A stretch of DNA of 64,000 nucleotides from the IMG/VR virus record IMGVR_UViG_3300023184_009648, positions 22,321 to 86,320 of that record; one strand, 5' to 3'. Both the position numbers and the translations under genes were made by a program. Source of the stretch: a virus. The first letter of the stretch is position 1, and every line of letters starts with the position of its first letter. Below, piece after piece: positions 48,351 to 58,724 of the stretch. The notes under the pieces were generated by a model. That model did not search any database and was not told the origin of the DNA. It saw nothing but the letters and a program-made list of their open reading frames with translations.

Positions 48351-48959
48351 TCAAGATGTACAATAAAGCATGTAAAGACAAGTGTTTTTGTGTATCATTT
48401 GAACATTTATCTTAAAGCCACAAAGACTAAATTTTTCCATAATTTCGAAACATTTTTTGTATTCATCGGCTTTATTTGCAAATAAACTCCAAACATGAAG
48501 CTCAATAGACCAATTTTTAACTTTTTTGATACATTCATCTGGTGTATTAAGAATAAACTCATACTCTCGACCTTCAATATCAACTTTCATAAAATCAATA
48601 TGTTCAAGATTAAAATCATTTAAAATACGCTCTAAATTGTAAGACTGAGAACCCAAATCTGTCATAACACAACCATAGATGGGATAAATTTTTTTGTTTT
48701 TAGTTGTATTGATTTTTAAATATTCATAAGTATCAGAGTCTGCTTCAATCGCTATGATTTTAGTCGCACCTTGACTTGCGGCATATTGACTAAAAACACC
48801 TATACTTGCTCCGCAATCAACTACTATATCGCCTTTCTTTATTTTCAACCCAAAGCGATCATACTCTTTGTCTTTCCATATTTCTTGGTAGTAGCGACCA
48901 TATTGGTCTGCAACCAATTGTCCCCATTCAGGATTAAGTTTAAAATCTGAAAATTTCAT
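48351..48959 (-). CDS. FkbM-family SAM methyltransferase
   Basis: VVDCGASIG and MKVDIEG motifs. Confidence 0.85.
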   Translation of the reverse strand: MKFSDFKLNPEWGQLVADQYGRYYQEIWKDKEYDRFGLKIKKGDIVVDCGASIGVFSQYAASQGATKIIAIEADSDTYEYLKINTTKNKKIYPIYGCVMTDLGSQSYNLERILNDFNLEHIDFMKVDIEGREYEFILNTPDECIKKVKNWSIELHVWSLFANKADEYKKCFEIMEKFSLCGFKINVQMIHKNTCLYMLYCTS

Positions 48960-48975
48960 TTTCACACCAATATTT

Positions 48976-50619
48976 TTACTGACAACTTTTACATTCAAGA
49001 ATATTTCGTGCAAATGCTTGGGCGGCATTTACTGAAATCTGATAATACAAGGATTTAATTCCTAATCTCCAAGCCTCAACCAACAAAGCATTCACATCCT
49101 TAGTGGAAACGCTTGGGTGTATCATAAGATTTAAAGATTGTCCTTGATCAATATATTGCTGTCTTTGTGCAGCTTGAATAATAATTTCTTTCGGACTAAT
49201 TTCCGCAAATGTCTTGAAAACATCTTTTTCTTTTTCTGAAAGAAAATCAAGATGCTGAACACTTCCTCCGTTCATGAGAATGCTCTTCCAAACATCTTCT
49301 GTATCTTTTCCTTTTTCACTCAATAGTTTTTCAAGTTCTGAATTCTTAATCGTAAATTTGCCCTTCTGCAAATCCTTGATGTAATAGTTCGTCCTATGAG
49401 GCTCTATACCTTCAGAAACTTGTCCAAGAATAAAAGCAGAAGATTTAGTAGGAGCAATTGCCATCAAGGTTGTATTACGACGATTGTAACCTTTACAAAC
49501 TTCAGGCTCACCGTATTCTTGAGCCATTTTTGCACTTGCTGCATAAGCCTTTTCTTTTATATTTTTTGCGATTTGCAAATTAGCAAATTTTGCCTCCATG
49601 CTTTCCCAAGGAATCATTTTGCTTTGCAAATAACTATGCCAACCAAGCCATCCAATTCCTAAAGCACGATGTCTTTCAGCAAAACGAACAGTTCTCTCCA
49701 TAAACTTGATGTTTTTAGCCTTTTCAATAAACTCGGTCATGACCGCATCAAGTAAATAAACTAGTAATTCAACAGCATCTGTGTCTTTCCACTCATCGTA
49801 ATGCAAAATATTCATACTACTAAGATCACAAACAAATGATTCCTCTTCGCCATCTGGAAGCATGATTTCAGAACACAAATTTGAATGTGTTATTTTAATT
49901 CCTTGGTCTTTATAGCAGTCAACGGAATTTTTGTTAACTGTGTCAATGAAAACAATATAAGGAAAACCAAGATTAGCACGAGTTTCAAGAACTTTAGCCC
50001 AAATTTTACGCTTTTCTGCGTTGCCATCGACCATTTCTTGCATCCAGTAATCTGGAACACAGATGCCGTAAGAAAGATCTTGAATTGAAAAGCCTTCAGT
50101 TCTTATTTGCAAAAATTCCATAATATCAGGATGATCAATTTGAAGATAAGCCGCAAAGTTGCCTCTTCTTGTTTTTCCTTGACTGACAACATTGATAAGG
50201 TTATCAAAAGCCTGCATGAAATGAACTGAGCCAGAGCTCTCTCCATTTTGCTTGATCTTAGCACCACGAGGTCTTAAGTTGCCGAAATATGCACTTGTAC
50301 CGCCTCCATGTTTTGTCATCATTGCAACTTCAGCCCAAGTATATGCAATTGAATCCATGGAATCGCTTATATTTGATCCAAAACAACTAATTGGCAAGCC
50401 TCTATCGTTGCCAAAATTTGTCCAAATTGGGGTACTAAAACTATACCAGCCCTTTTTAAAGTTTTCTTGGAAACGCTTGGCAAATCCCGGTTTATTCAGG
50501 ATTTTCTCAGCTGCATTACAAATTTCCACGACTCTTTCATCAACGGTTTGACCTTCAATAAGATAATCTCTTTCAAGAAAAATACGAGAAAGATCGGTAA
50601 GCCATCTATATTCTGACAT
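48976..50619 (-). CDS. nrdA: class I ribonucleotide reductase alpha subunit (no ATP cone)
   Basis: ISCF, SNLCSE, AIAPT, SLYY and C-terminal CKSC. Confidence 0.95.
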   Translation of the reverse strand: MSEYRWLTDLSRIFLERDYLIEGQTVDERVVEICNAAEKILNKPGFAKRFQENFKKGWYSFSTPIWTNFGNDRGLPISCFGSNISDSMDSIAYTWAEVAMMTKHGGGTSAYFGNLRPRGAKIKQNGESSGSVHFMQAFDNLINVVSQGKTRRGNFAAYLQIDHPDIMEFLQIRTEGFSIQDLSYGICVPDYWMQEMVDGNAEKRKIWAKVLETRANLGFPYIVFIDTVNKNSVDCYKDQGIKITHSNLCSEIMLPDGEEESFVCDLSSMNILHYDEWKDTDAVELLVYLLDAVMTEFIEKAKNIKFMERTVRFAERHRALGIGWLGWHSYLQSKMIPWESMEAKFANLQIAKNIKEKAYAASAKMAQEYGEPEVCKGYNRRNTTLMAIAPTKSSAFILGQVSEGIEPHRTNYYIKDLQKGKFTIKNSELEKLLSEKGKDTEDVWKSILMNGGSVQHLDFLSEKEKDVFKTFAEISPKEIIIQAAQRQQYIDQGQSLNLMIHPSVSTKDVNALLVEAWRLGIKSLYYQISVNAAQAFARNILECKSCQ

Positions 50620-51593
50620 TAAAATAAATCCTCTGCTGTGAATGACTTGGTAAACTTTGAATAAGTAACTGGTTTCTTATGGAAGAAATCAGTATTAACT
50701 TCGGCATGAATTTCGTCTTCAAACCACTTGAGTTTGGTCAACTTGCTGACATCAACATCAAAATGTTTCTCAGCACCAATCATTGCTAAGCTTTCATTAA
50801 AACGATGCTTAACAAATTCTTTGACGACATCTCTCGTAAGAAATGGCAAGTCACCAGCCTCAAAAATCCAATCAACAATCTTAGATTCAGCTTCATATGC
50901 TTTTGCACAAGCTCTTTGTAGTTTTGCATAAAAATCAACATTGAACCAATCTGGAAATTCTTTCTTGATTTGCTTGATGATATAAACACCAAGAAGTGCA
51001 TGGATCGCTTCTTCTTTTTGTGTTGCTTGCACAACATTATCAATATCTTTAAGACAATTCATATGTTTGTTAAAAGATTTGATAATCAAAAATTGAGAGA
51101 ATAAGCTTACATTTTCAATAAAAATACTGAATAATGCCAAAGTAAGAGTGTAATTTTCATTGCCATTATCAGATGCACCTTTTAAATATTTAGTTAGATA
51201 ATCAACTCTACCTTGAATAACTGGATTTTGCAAAAGTTGATCAAATTCATTGTTCATTCCCAATACTTGCAATAAATGGGAATAAGCATCTGCATGACGC
51301 ACCTCTGACTCTCCAAAAGTAACTCCCACTTGTTCAAATTCTGCTTTTGGGAAACGATCTCCAAGTTTAGTCCAAAACTTTTTAACTGATACTTCAATCT
51401 GTGAAATGGCAAGCATTGCATTTTTTAATATACTTTTCTGGACATCATTAAGTTTTACATTAAAGTCGTGTATGTCGGAGATAAAATTCCATTCACTTAC
51501 AAGCCAATAACTGTGATTGATTGCATTCTTATATTCAATTATTTCTGGGTATTCAAATGGCTTAAAAGCTATTCTTTTTTCAAATATACTCAT
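50619..51593 (-). CDS. nrdB: ribonucleotide reductase beta subunit
   Basis: EVRHADAY, ENVSLFSQF, EEAIH and DFF motifs. Confidence 0.95.
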   Translation of the reverse strand: MSIFEKRIAFKPFEYPEIIEYKNAINHSYWLVSEWNFISDIHDFNVKLNDVQKSILKNAMLAISQIEVSVKKFWTKLGDRFPKAEFEQVGVTFGESEVRHADAYSHLLQVLGMNNEFDQLLQNPVIQGRVDYLTKYLKGASDNGNENYTLTLALFSIFIENVSLFSQFLIIKSFNKHMNCLKDIDNVVQATQKEEAIHALLGVYIIKQIKKEFPDWFNVDFYAKLQRACAKAYEAESKIVDWIFEAGDLPFLTRDVVKEFVKHRFNESLAMIGAEKHFDVDVSKLTKLKWFEDEIHAEVNTDFFHKKPVTYSKFTKSFTAEDLF

Positions 51594-51680
51594 TACAATC
51601 CTTTCCGCTACCACATTAAGTGTCAAATAATACAGGGAAGTTATCTAAACAGCAAGGGAAGAAAAATTGAAAATATTTTT

Positions 51681-53723
51681 CTAAACAACCATTTTTGCAA
51701 AACCATTTTCCATAACAAGATTAAGTTGATCTGCTGTTTGTAACATTGCTAGAAGATCAGGATCATGCGTAGTAATAAAAACTTGTTTATCTTCAGCTAG
51801 TTCTGCAATCATGTTATAGATGCCTTGTACGCCAAGAGGATCTACATTAGTGCTAACCTCATCAAGAAAAACAAGAGAGGGAGTAGCACCAGAACTCATC
51901 ATCATAATATGAGCAAAACTTTGACTCACGGCGAGATTAAGACGACGACGCTGACCAGTAGACATGGCGTGATATACATATGGATCGCCGTCTATTGGAT
52001 TCCTTTCAATCTTTTCATTAAGCTCATTGTCAAATGTAAGAGTAATGCGATTATCAATTAAAAATTGCAACCAATAATTGATACGATTGTTTAGTTCTGG
52101 CACTATACCATCAACAATCCATTTGCGAATACCTTGATCGCCAAAACCCATAATCCAGTAATCATAATAAGGCAATTCAGCTTCAAGATCTTTTATATCT
52201 GTTTCTTTATCTTGTGCTGCTTTAATTGCTTTTTCAAGTTCAAGCTCATCATTTTGAAGAATTTCTTTGAAAGGTGAATCTCCACTTAATTCCTTATTTT
52301 TATCTTCTATTTGCTGTCTAAAGTTTTGAATTTTTTGTTGAAGCAAAGCTTCTTCATCATTTGTTTTCGGTTCACGCACTTCACTGGCCGAGATTAAGTC
52401 TGATCTTAATTTGCCAAGTTCTTGATCTATATTTGAAATTTTATTCACAAATTGTGTGACAAAAACTTTAATCTTTTCTTGTTTTTCTTTTGTTGCTGTT
52501 GCTTTGATTTGAACATCATTTGCTAATTGCACAGCTTTTTCAATTTTAGAATTGATAATCTCAATATCTTTGTTCAATTGGTCAATATAAGAACTAATAT
52601 TTTCTTCAACAATTTCACCCTTACATTTGTTGCATTTAGTTCCGGGAATGTTATCTTTTAGATTTTCAATTTCTTGTTCTTTTATTTTGCGCTCTGATAA
52701 AAAAGATCTTGATTCTTTGGCAATGTCTGCATAATCATTGGCAACCGATTGTGCTTCAGTTCTAAGTTCTGTTTCTTTTTGACGAGCAAGATCAAGCTTA
52801 TTGCTAAAATCTAATTTAGATTTCTCAAGATCTGGAATTTTTTCTTTGATATCTCTTATTGTTTGTTGAGCTTGCTCGTAGGCCAACAAAGCAATACCAT
52901 TATCAGTTTTGCCAAGTCTAGCAATCAAAGAATTTAAACTTTGAACAAGTTTTTCATATTCAATTTTCTTTTCATTCTTCCAACTATTTTCTTTTTCTTT
53001 TGTAAGTTTCAGCCTATTTTCAGCACTATCCTTGCTGCCTAAAAGCAATGTGTATTCTTTGCTTTTTATGTCAATTTTATTTTTAATATCTTTGCGAAAT
53101 GCCTTGGCGTTATCGAACCATTCTCGATATTGCCCCAAGGCAAGCATGTTTTCAACCATTTCTTTTTTTTGTTTATTATCGCACTCTAAAAAACAAGCTC
53201 GTTGATCGTCTGTAAAGACACAAATGTTTATAAAAGCTTCATACGACAAGCCTATGATGTCTTCTATCTTTTTTTGAGTAGCCGCCATTGTGCCTTGCGT
53301 AATTTCTGTATCATTATCCCATGTGCCATTAGAACTTTCCCAAAGACGCAAAGAATTCTTGCGTTCGTTGCCACCTTCTTTTCTTGTGCGAATAATGCGA
53401 TAATTATCAAATATTAGTTCAACTTTTGCATCTTTTCCAATTTTATTATGCACAATATCATTAGCTCCTAATTTCTCAGGACGCTTGACTGTTTTGCCGA
53501 AAAGACTGTAGCTAATTATTTCTTGAATACTGCTTTTACCTGAACCATTGCTACTAACCTTAAGTTCATCTGAAGGAGATGAACTTTCTAATTGTTTGGC
53601 ATCTCGATTTTCACCACGAACTAGAATGATGTTTTTGTAATTATCAAAATTGATTTCAATACCTTCTGGCCCGAAAGGTAAAAAGTTATACGCCGCAGCA
53701 TATTTTATTTTTAAATTGTGCAT
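51681..53723 (-). CDS. SbcC/Rad50-like ATPase (T4 gp46-like)
   Basis: NGSGKSS, coiled coil with CNKC hook, MSTGQ, LDEV and ITTH. Confidence 0.92.
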   Translation of the reverse strand: MHNLKIKYAAAYNFLPFGPEGIEINFDNYKNIILVRGENRDAKQLESSSPSDELKVSSNGSGKSSIQEIISYSLFGKTVKRPEKLGANDIVHNKIGKDAKVELIFDNYRIIRTRKEGGNERKNSLRLWESSNGTWDNDTEITQGTMAATQKKIEDIIGLSYEAFINICVFTDDQRACFLECDNKQKKEMVENMLALGQYREWFDNAKAFRKDIKNKIDIKSKEYTLLLGSKDSAENRLKLTKEKENSWKNEKKIEYEKLVQSLNSLIARLGKTDNGIALLAYEQAQQTIRDIKEKIPDLEKSKLDFSNKLDLARQKETELRTEAQSVANDYADIAKESRSFLSERKIKEQEIENLKDNIPGTKCNKCKGEIVEENISSYIDQLNKDIEIINSKIEKAVQLANDVQIKATATKEKQEKIKVFVTQFVNKISNIDQELGKLRSDLISASEVREPKTNDEEALLQQKIQNFRQQIEDKNKELSGDSPFKEILQNDELELEKAIKAAQDKETDIKDLEAELPYYDYWIMGFGDQGIRKWIVDGIVPELNNRINYWLQFLIDNRITLTFDNELNEKIERNPIDGDPYVYHAMSTGQRRRLNLAVSQSFAHIMMMSSGATPSLVFLDEVSTNVDPLGVQGIYNMIAELAEDKQVFITTHDPDLLAMLQTADQLNLVMENGFAKMVV

Positions 53724-53804
53724 TTTCAAAAACCTACCAGTTTACGAAAAGAAATAGTAGGCCAATACTACCTGTGAAGACAAATAGTTGCAATCCATTT
53801 TCTT

Positions 53805-54518
53805 TTACTTTTTTGATTCAGGAAAATTTAATTTGAAACGCTTAGGAGAATAAACCTGAAATGCTTGAAGATAATTGTTATAAAGTTCTGGATATCTTTC
53901 AATAAATTGCAACTTATGCCTCATTGCAAGACTTTTAAAAACATTAACAATATGAATTCCCGAAACTGGTGAACCCTTATAGGTCAATAAACCTTCTTTT
54001 TCCACAAGATTTGCGAGATCGAAACAATTGTAAATGTTAGACAATGTTCCAAAATAATCAGGAAAATAATTTCCAGCAACATAAATTGCACGATTTTCTT
54101 TAGTTGCATGACATATTGTGCGAATTGTTTTATAGTTATCCCATGCTCTACTATGTCCTGCAATAACACCAAAATTGTTACTTTTTGAAAATAATACTTT
54201 GTCTTCCAAGAGATCAAATATTTCATCAAAATTCTTCTGAAACCAGATATCAGCATCAAAATATAAGTAATTACCTTCAACTTTTTCAGAAATGGACAAC
54301 ATAGCATCGACAATGGATTGTCGATAATCTCCTTTGTCGGGACAATCCAAAACAGTTATGCCAATACCTTTTAAATATTCAGAAATATGAGTGGTAAGAC
54401 CTAAGTTGAAAACAATGGGCGTAGCTTTAGTTTGTGCAATTTCACGCAAACTGGCAATCCAAGAAATGCCCCATAGCTGCCAATACTTTTCATTTAGTCC
54501 AGTAATGACGAAATTCAC
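53805..54518 (-). CDS. GT-A-fold glycosyltransferase-like protein
   Basis: YFDADIWF DxD motif; YN and H downstream. Confidence 0.55.
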   Translation of the reverse strand: MNFVITGLNEKYWQLWGISWIASLREIAQTKATPIVFNLGLTTHISEYLKGIGITVLDCPDKGDYRQSIVDAMLSISEKVEGNYLYFDADIWFQKNFDEIFDLLEDKVLFSKSNNFGVIAGHSRAWDNYKTIRTICHATKENRAIYVAGNYFPDYFGTLSNIYNCFDLANLVEKEGLLTYKGSPVSGIHIVNVFKSLAMRHKLQFIERYPELYNNYLQAFQVYSPKRFKLNFPESKK

Positions 54519-55579
54519 TGCTGCTCCAATTTTTCACAGATTTTTTTGCCTAGTTGTAGGAGTTTATCTCGATCCAAACCTGTATGGCCGACTTGGTCAG
54601 CATATTTGGCGAGCATTTCATCACCCTTGTATAAAATAGCTTTGGCATCATGAATTACATGTTCGTCGATAATTTTTTTTTGCTTTTTTATTTCTAAACT
54701 AGCAAATGAAGCGTTTTCATTCATTTCTTTTTTTAATTTAATTAGATCAGTTGATCCAATATCATCGACTCTAATCTGCACATAATTCCCTTCTAAATCA
54801 TATTTGTCTCTTTCATCAGCGTTGATTACTAAATGCTTTGGACTAAAATTATTTTGAATATATTCTTTTTTTTGAGTTGTTCCGTTAAAAATGATAATAT
54901 GTTTTTCTTGATATGCCTCTCCAAAACTTAACTCTAAAGGCGAGCCAATATATTCTACCTTATTATTGACTCTTTGCTCAGCATGATAATGTCCAAGAAA
55001 AACATGTTTATAATCACTAAAAATAGAAGAACTAACACGAACCATGTCGCCATCATGTTCAATTGCAACATCTGCCTGCTGACTACCATGTAAAATAGCA
55101 CCATCTAAAGCGATATGTCCAAGAGCATATTCAGTCATGCTGTGTAAATTTTTAAATTCTTGTAAAGATTCTATTGGATTGTGAGTGAATGGAATAAAAT
55201 CCCAATTATGACCAGCTATTTCATGACGCTCTGGCTTCGATACTATATGCATTCCCGGCAATGCTGATAGCGGTGTTACGCTACTAACTGTGGTTTTTTC
55301 ATTAAACCAAAGATCATGATTGCCCAAAAGAAGATATTGACGAAACTTGCCTTTGATCATCCACTTGGCAAAAACTTCAAAAACTTTTTGATAAGTGTAT
55401 ACTTCAATTTTTTGACGATCATGAAATAAATCACCACCAAACAAAATATTAGTTATTCCTCGATCTTCAGCCGTTTTAAAAACCCATTCAAGTGCAGCAA
55501 GACAATCTTCCAGCCTTTTTTGACTGCGTTTATGGGGATGTACATGAATATCGCTATAAAGTAAAATATCATCAGACAT
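54515..55579 (-). CDS. SbcD/Mre11-like nuclease (T4 gp47-like)
   Basis: SDIH, GDLF, GNHD, GHYH and GSP motifs. Confidence 0.92.
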   Translation of the reverse strand: MSDDILLYSDIHVHPHKRSQKRLEDCLAALEWVFKTAEDRGITNILFGGDLFHDRQKIEVYTYQKVFEVFAKWMIKGKFRQYLLLGNHDLWFNEKTTVSSVTPLSALPGMHIVSKPERHEIAGHNWDFIPFTHNPIESLQEFKNLHSMTEYALGHIALDGAILHGSQQADVAIEHDGDMVRVSSSIFSDYKHVFLGHYHAEQRVNNKVEYIGSPLELSFGEAYQEKHIIIFNGTTQKKEYIQNNFSPKHLVINADERDKYDLEGNYVQIRVDDIGSTDLIKLKKEMNENASFASLEIKKQKKIIDEHVIHDAKAILYKGDEMLAKYADQVGHTGLDRDKLLQLGKKICEKLEQQ

Positions 55580-55668
55580 AAATTGACTCCTATCTTTAAA
55601 ATATTGTCCACGAATTTCTTTAACATTGCAAGATGAACTTGGAAAATGAATTATCAGACATAAATATC

Positions 55669-55989
55669 ATGATGACTACATTTAAACAATTTTTTATGGA
55701 AGCCGATGCACCACCTCCACCACCAGCAGGCGGTGGTGCTCCACCTACATCCCCAGCACCTCCACCCCTTCCAGCAGGCGGTGGTGCTCCACCTATGCCA
55801 ATGCCTAGTGGCGGTGGTTTAGGCGGTGGTTTAGGCGGTGGTCTTGGAGGCCCTCCTCCTAGTGGTGGAGCAGGTGGTCCCCAATCTGCTGCAAAAAAAT
55901 TGAAGGCCTATAATGTTTGGGATGTTTGGAATAATCTTTTAAATAAAGGTGATAAAGAAACTGCCCAAAATACCGAGGAACAAAAATAG
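55669..55989 (+). CDS. Pro/Gly-rich protein with capsid-targeting-like N-terminus
   Basis: MMTTFKQFFMEAD; duplicated PAGGGAPP; ATAAATA immediately upstream. Confidence 0.65.
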   Translation: MMTTFKQFFMEADAPPPPPAGGGAPPTSPAPPPLPAGGGAPPMPMPSGGGLGGGLGGGLGGPPPSGGAGGPQSAAKKLKAYNVWDVWNNLLNKGDKETAQNTEEQK

Positions 55990-56000
55990 ACGAGATACAT

Positions 56001-56450
56001 ATGAGCGATAAGTCGCCTCCCCTGTCCGCCGAACAAATAGAATTTGCCTGCCGCATGATGCGACAATGGCTAGAAGTGTGTGAAGAAAATGGTCGCAGTC
56101 TCAATGCTTCCAGCATCGATCATTCATCTTTACTTCGTAGATTGTTATCAGGTAAAAAAGCACTTCCCTATCCTCCACCCATGAGATTTGGCTATCCTGC
56201 TTGGGAACTTGTCGAAGCAGAAGAAATTGAAATTCAAGAGTTGATAGAAAATGAACACGGCATTCAAATAGATCAACATCAAGGATATTCATGGATAAAT
56301 TTTGATAAAAAAATAATTCAATATGATCGTCTTAATTTGCAATACCAATATTTAGAACGAGAAGTTATTCCTGATCCCTCAGTAATAAAAGAAGGTCTTG
56401 ACCCTAAAGAATTTAAATACATATCTAAAGTTTTGAAAAAATTATCTTAA
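56001..56450 (+). CDS. hypothetical protein
   Basis: 149-aa ORF. Confidence 0.6.
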   Translation: MSDKSPPLSAEQIEFACRMMRQWLEVCEENGRSLNASSIDHSSLLRRLLSGKKALPYPPPMRFGYPAWELVEAEEIEIQELIENEHGIQIDQHQGYSWINFDKKIIQYDRLNLQYQYLEREVIPDPSVIKEGLDPKEFKYISKVLKKLS

Positions 56451-56464
56451 TCATAAATATTTGC

Positions 56465-56650
56465 ATGATAAGTTTTAAAGAATGGCTCAAATCTATTGAA
56501 GAGGGTTTTGGCCCTTACATTGGACCTTGTATAGACACTGATAGATATCAAGTTCAAGGTGCTTGCAGTAATTACAACACGGAAGTTCAGAATAAACGCA
56601 TAAAACAAGGTTATGTTGCCCATAAAAAGGTAAAACAAAACAAAAAATGA
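56465..56650 (+). CDS. small protein with capsid-targeting-like N-terminus
   Basis: MISFKEWLKSIEE; ATAAATA 5 nt upstream. Confidence 0.65.
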   Translation: MISFKEWLKSIEEGFGPYIGPCIDTDRYQVQGACSNYNTEVQNKRIKQGYVAHKKVKQNKK

Positions 56651-57099
56651 AAAGTTTCAGAGATTTTATCGCCGAACAAGAGTATGCGAATCAACCTCAA
56701 TCTTCGCAACAATCAAGCTTTGCACCATCTGCTCCTATTGCTCCAATAATGCAATCTAATTTGCAAGGTCAAAAGAAAAAATGGAGTGCTTCAAAAACCG
56801 ATATAATTAAATTTTGGAGAAATTTACAAACAACAAGTCCGATTCAAGCAAAGCCAATTTTATATAATCACAAAGGTTCCACCTACGGCGAAGATGGAAT
56901 TCGAATCACTGGAAGCCCTCAGTTTATTACATCTGTGATTTCTAAGCTGAAGGATTTTTTAGGTTACGAAGGTCCCAACACTAAATTGGCCATTTCTTAT
57001 AGGGAAACTGAATCGCCCAGTAAATCTGCTGTTGGTCAAAACAAAACATCTTTTGTATTTTACATTGCAGTTAAGGAACGAGGCAAACAGTCTCAGTAA
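56647..57099 (+). CDS. protein with capsid-targeting-like N-terminus
   Basis: MKSFRDFIAEQE; ATGA coupling. Confidence 0.7.
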   Translation: MKSFRDFIAEQEYANQPQSSQQSSFAPSAPIAPIMQSNLQGQKKKWSASKTDIIKFWRNLQTTSPIQAKPILYNHKGSTYGEDGIRITGSPQFITSVISKLKDFLGYEGPNTKLAISYRETESPSKSAVGQNKTSFVFYIAVKERGKQSQ

Positions 57100-57103
57100 T
57101 TTC

Positions 57104-57132
57104 TTTACATATCCACATGCATTTGGTAAAGT
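57104..57132 (+). promoter_or_regulatory. sigma70-type promoter
   Basis: TTTACA-17 nt-TAAAGT with extended TG; same architecture as 41002. Confidence 0.55.
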
Positions 57133-57138
57133 TAGCTA

Positions 57139-57519
57139 GTGATTAACCATTCGAACCAAGAGAACACGATGTTCGCCATCCTTTGCACAGCTGGAGAAAT
57201 GTCAATTAGCGATGTAGCAAAAGAATGTACAAATGAACAATGGGTTCCTCTTTTAGTGTATCGTAGAAAAGGTGAAACTACTCCCATTATTCCTTTGTTT
57301 ATTACACAAGATACTGCTAGAAGCTTTGCCAAGCGTAATTTACCTCCACCTCATGGAGCGGTTTTGCTAAGTGAAGAAGATATAAAAAAAATTCAATCTA
57401 AAGGTTGGATTCTAGAAATTATGGATTTTCCTAAAAAGATAAAAGAAAGAATCGATATTGATATTGGATTAGAAATTCACGAATTTATTGAAAAACCAGA
57501 TTTTCGCACAAGTCGCTAA
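57139..57519 (+). CDS. hypothetical protein
   Basis: Start at 57139 (GTG) or 57169 (ATG). Confidence 0.6.
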   Translation: MINHSNQENTMFAILCTAGEMSISDVAKECTNEQWVPLLVYRRKGETTPIIPLFITQDTARSFAKRNLPPPHGAVLLSEEDIKKIQSKGWILEIMDFPKKIKERIDIDIGLEIHEFIEKPDFRTSR

Positions 57520-57532
57520 TTAGGATTTTGAA

Positions 57533-58621
57533 ATGTTAACAAATGAACAGAAGAATGCACTTCGTCAAATAATGACGAATTTAGAACACCATTCTTATAT
57601 CACGCTTGGCGGATATGCAGGAACTGGCAAAAGTACAATTATCAAAGTTCTTTTAGAAGCTTTGAAAAGTAAGGGCTTAGGTTTTGCAAGTGCAGCTTAT
57701 ACAGGAAAAGCTTGTAATGTGTTGCGAAAAAAAGGCATACCAGCCAACACAATACATTCAACTATTTATACGCCAGTAACAAATGAAAACAACGAAACAG
57801 AATGGCAGCGTAAAAGTATAACACAATTAAAAAATGAAGGCATATATGGCTTTGTAATTGATGAAGCAAGCATGGTCTCTAAAGAAATTCATGAGGACTT
57901 AGTTGGCTTCGGTGTTCCTATAATTTATGTAGGAGATCATGGACAATTAGAGCCGATTGGTACTAAATTCAATCTGATGGAATTTCCAATGTTCAAATTG
58001 GAAACTGTACATCGCAATGCTGGAGAAATTGCTCATTTTGCAGAGCATCTTAGAAAAGGCAATTCTGCTCATACATTTCAAGGAGAAAAAAAAGTTCAAA
58101 TCATAGGCGAGTCTTCAATTGAAGATCGCCACCTTGCCGCTGTTGATCAGATCATTGTTGCATTCAATAAAACAAGAACAAAAATAAATGAACGAGTTAG
58201 AAAAGAAAAAAATATTGACATGACCTTTATTGCTAAAGGCGAAAAAATTATTTGCTTACGCAACAATAAACAATCTGGCTTGTTTAACGGCATGCAGGGA
58301 ATAGTAGATAAAGTAAGAAAAAATGATCAGTTTGATTTTGTTTCAGATGGCATCTTGTTCCAAAAAATAAAATATGATCCAGATCAATTTGGACAAGAAA
58401 CAAACAAATTTGAATTTAATCAACAAGCAAATCCTTTTGATTACGCTTATGCAATTACCTGTCACAAGGCTCAAGGCGATCAATTTGGTAACATAATTGT
58501 GTTTGAACAAGATTGCGATAAATGGAGTCATGTGCGATGGTGCTATACTGCCGCATCAAGAGCAGTTAATGGACTTATTTGGTTGAAAAAACATAGATTC
58601 ATTCCTTCGTATTTAGGTTAA
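57533..58621 (+). CDS. SF1B helicase (Dda/RecD-like)
   Basis: GYAGTGKS, TIHS, DEASM, GDHGQL, YAITCHKAQG and YTAASRA motifs. Confidence 0.93.
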   Translation: MLTNEQKNALRQIMTNLEHHSYITLGGYAGTGKSTIIKVLLEALKSKGLGFASAAYTGKACNVLRKKGIPANTIHSTIYTPVTNENNETEWQRKSITQLKNEGIYGFVIDEASMVSKEIHEDLVGFGVPIIYVGDHGQLEPIGTKFNLMEFPMFKLETVHRNAGEIAHFAEHLRKGNSAHTFQGEKKVQIIGESSIEDRHLAAVDQIIVAFNKTRTKINERVRKEKNIDMTFIAKGEKIICLRNNKQSGLFNGMQGIVDKVRKNDQFDFVSDGILFQKIKYDPDQFGQETNKFEFNQQANPFDYAYAITCHKAQGDQFGNIIVFEQDCDKWSHVRWCYTAASRAVNGLIWLKKHRFIPSYLG

Positions 58622-58724
58622 GTTTATCGCAACAATTTTGCCACATACATAGCATTTTAAAATTTAAATAATAGTAAAAACCATAAATATGATGGTTCAT
58701 TTTATTTTTTAAAGGAGTAAAAAA

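Noticed and set aside
48351-48959. FkbM N-terminus MKFSDFKLNPE as a capsid tag
   Set aside because: Partial match only, no late box, downstream of nrdA; probably coincidental
48976-51593. Introns, inteins or homing endonucleases in nrdA/nrdB
   Set aside because: Both ORFs are continuous and compact
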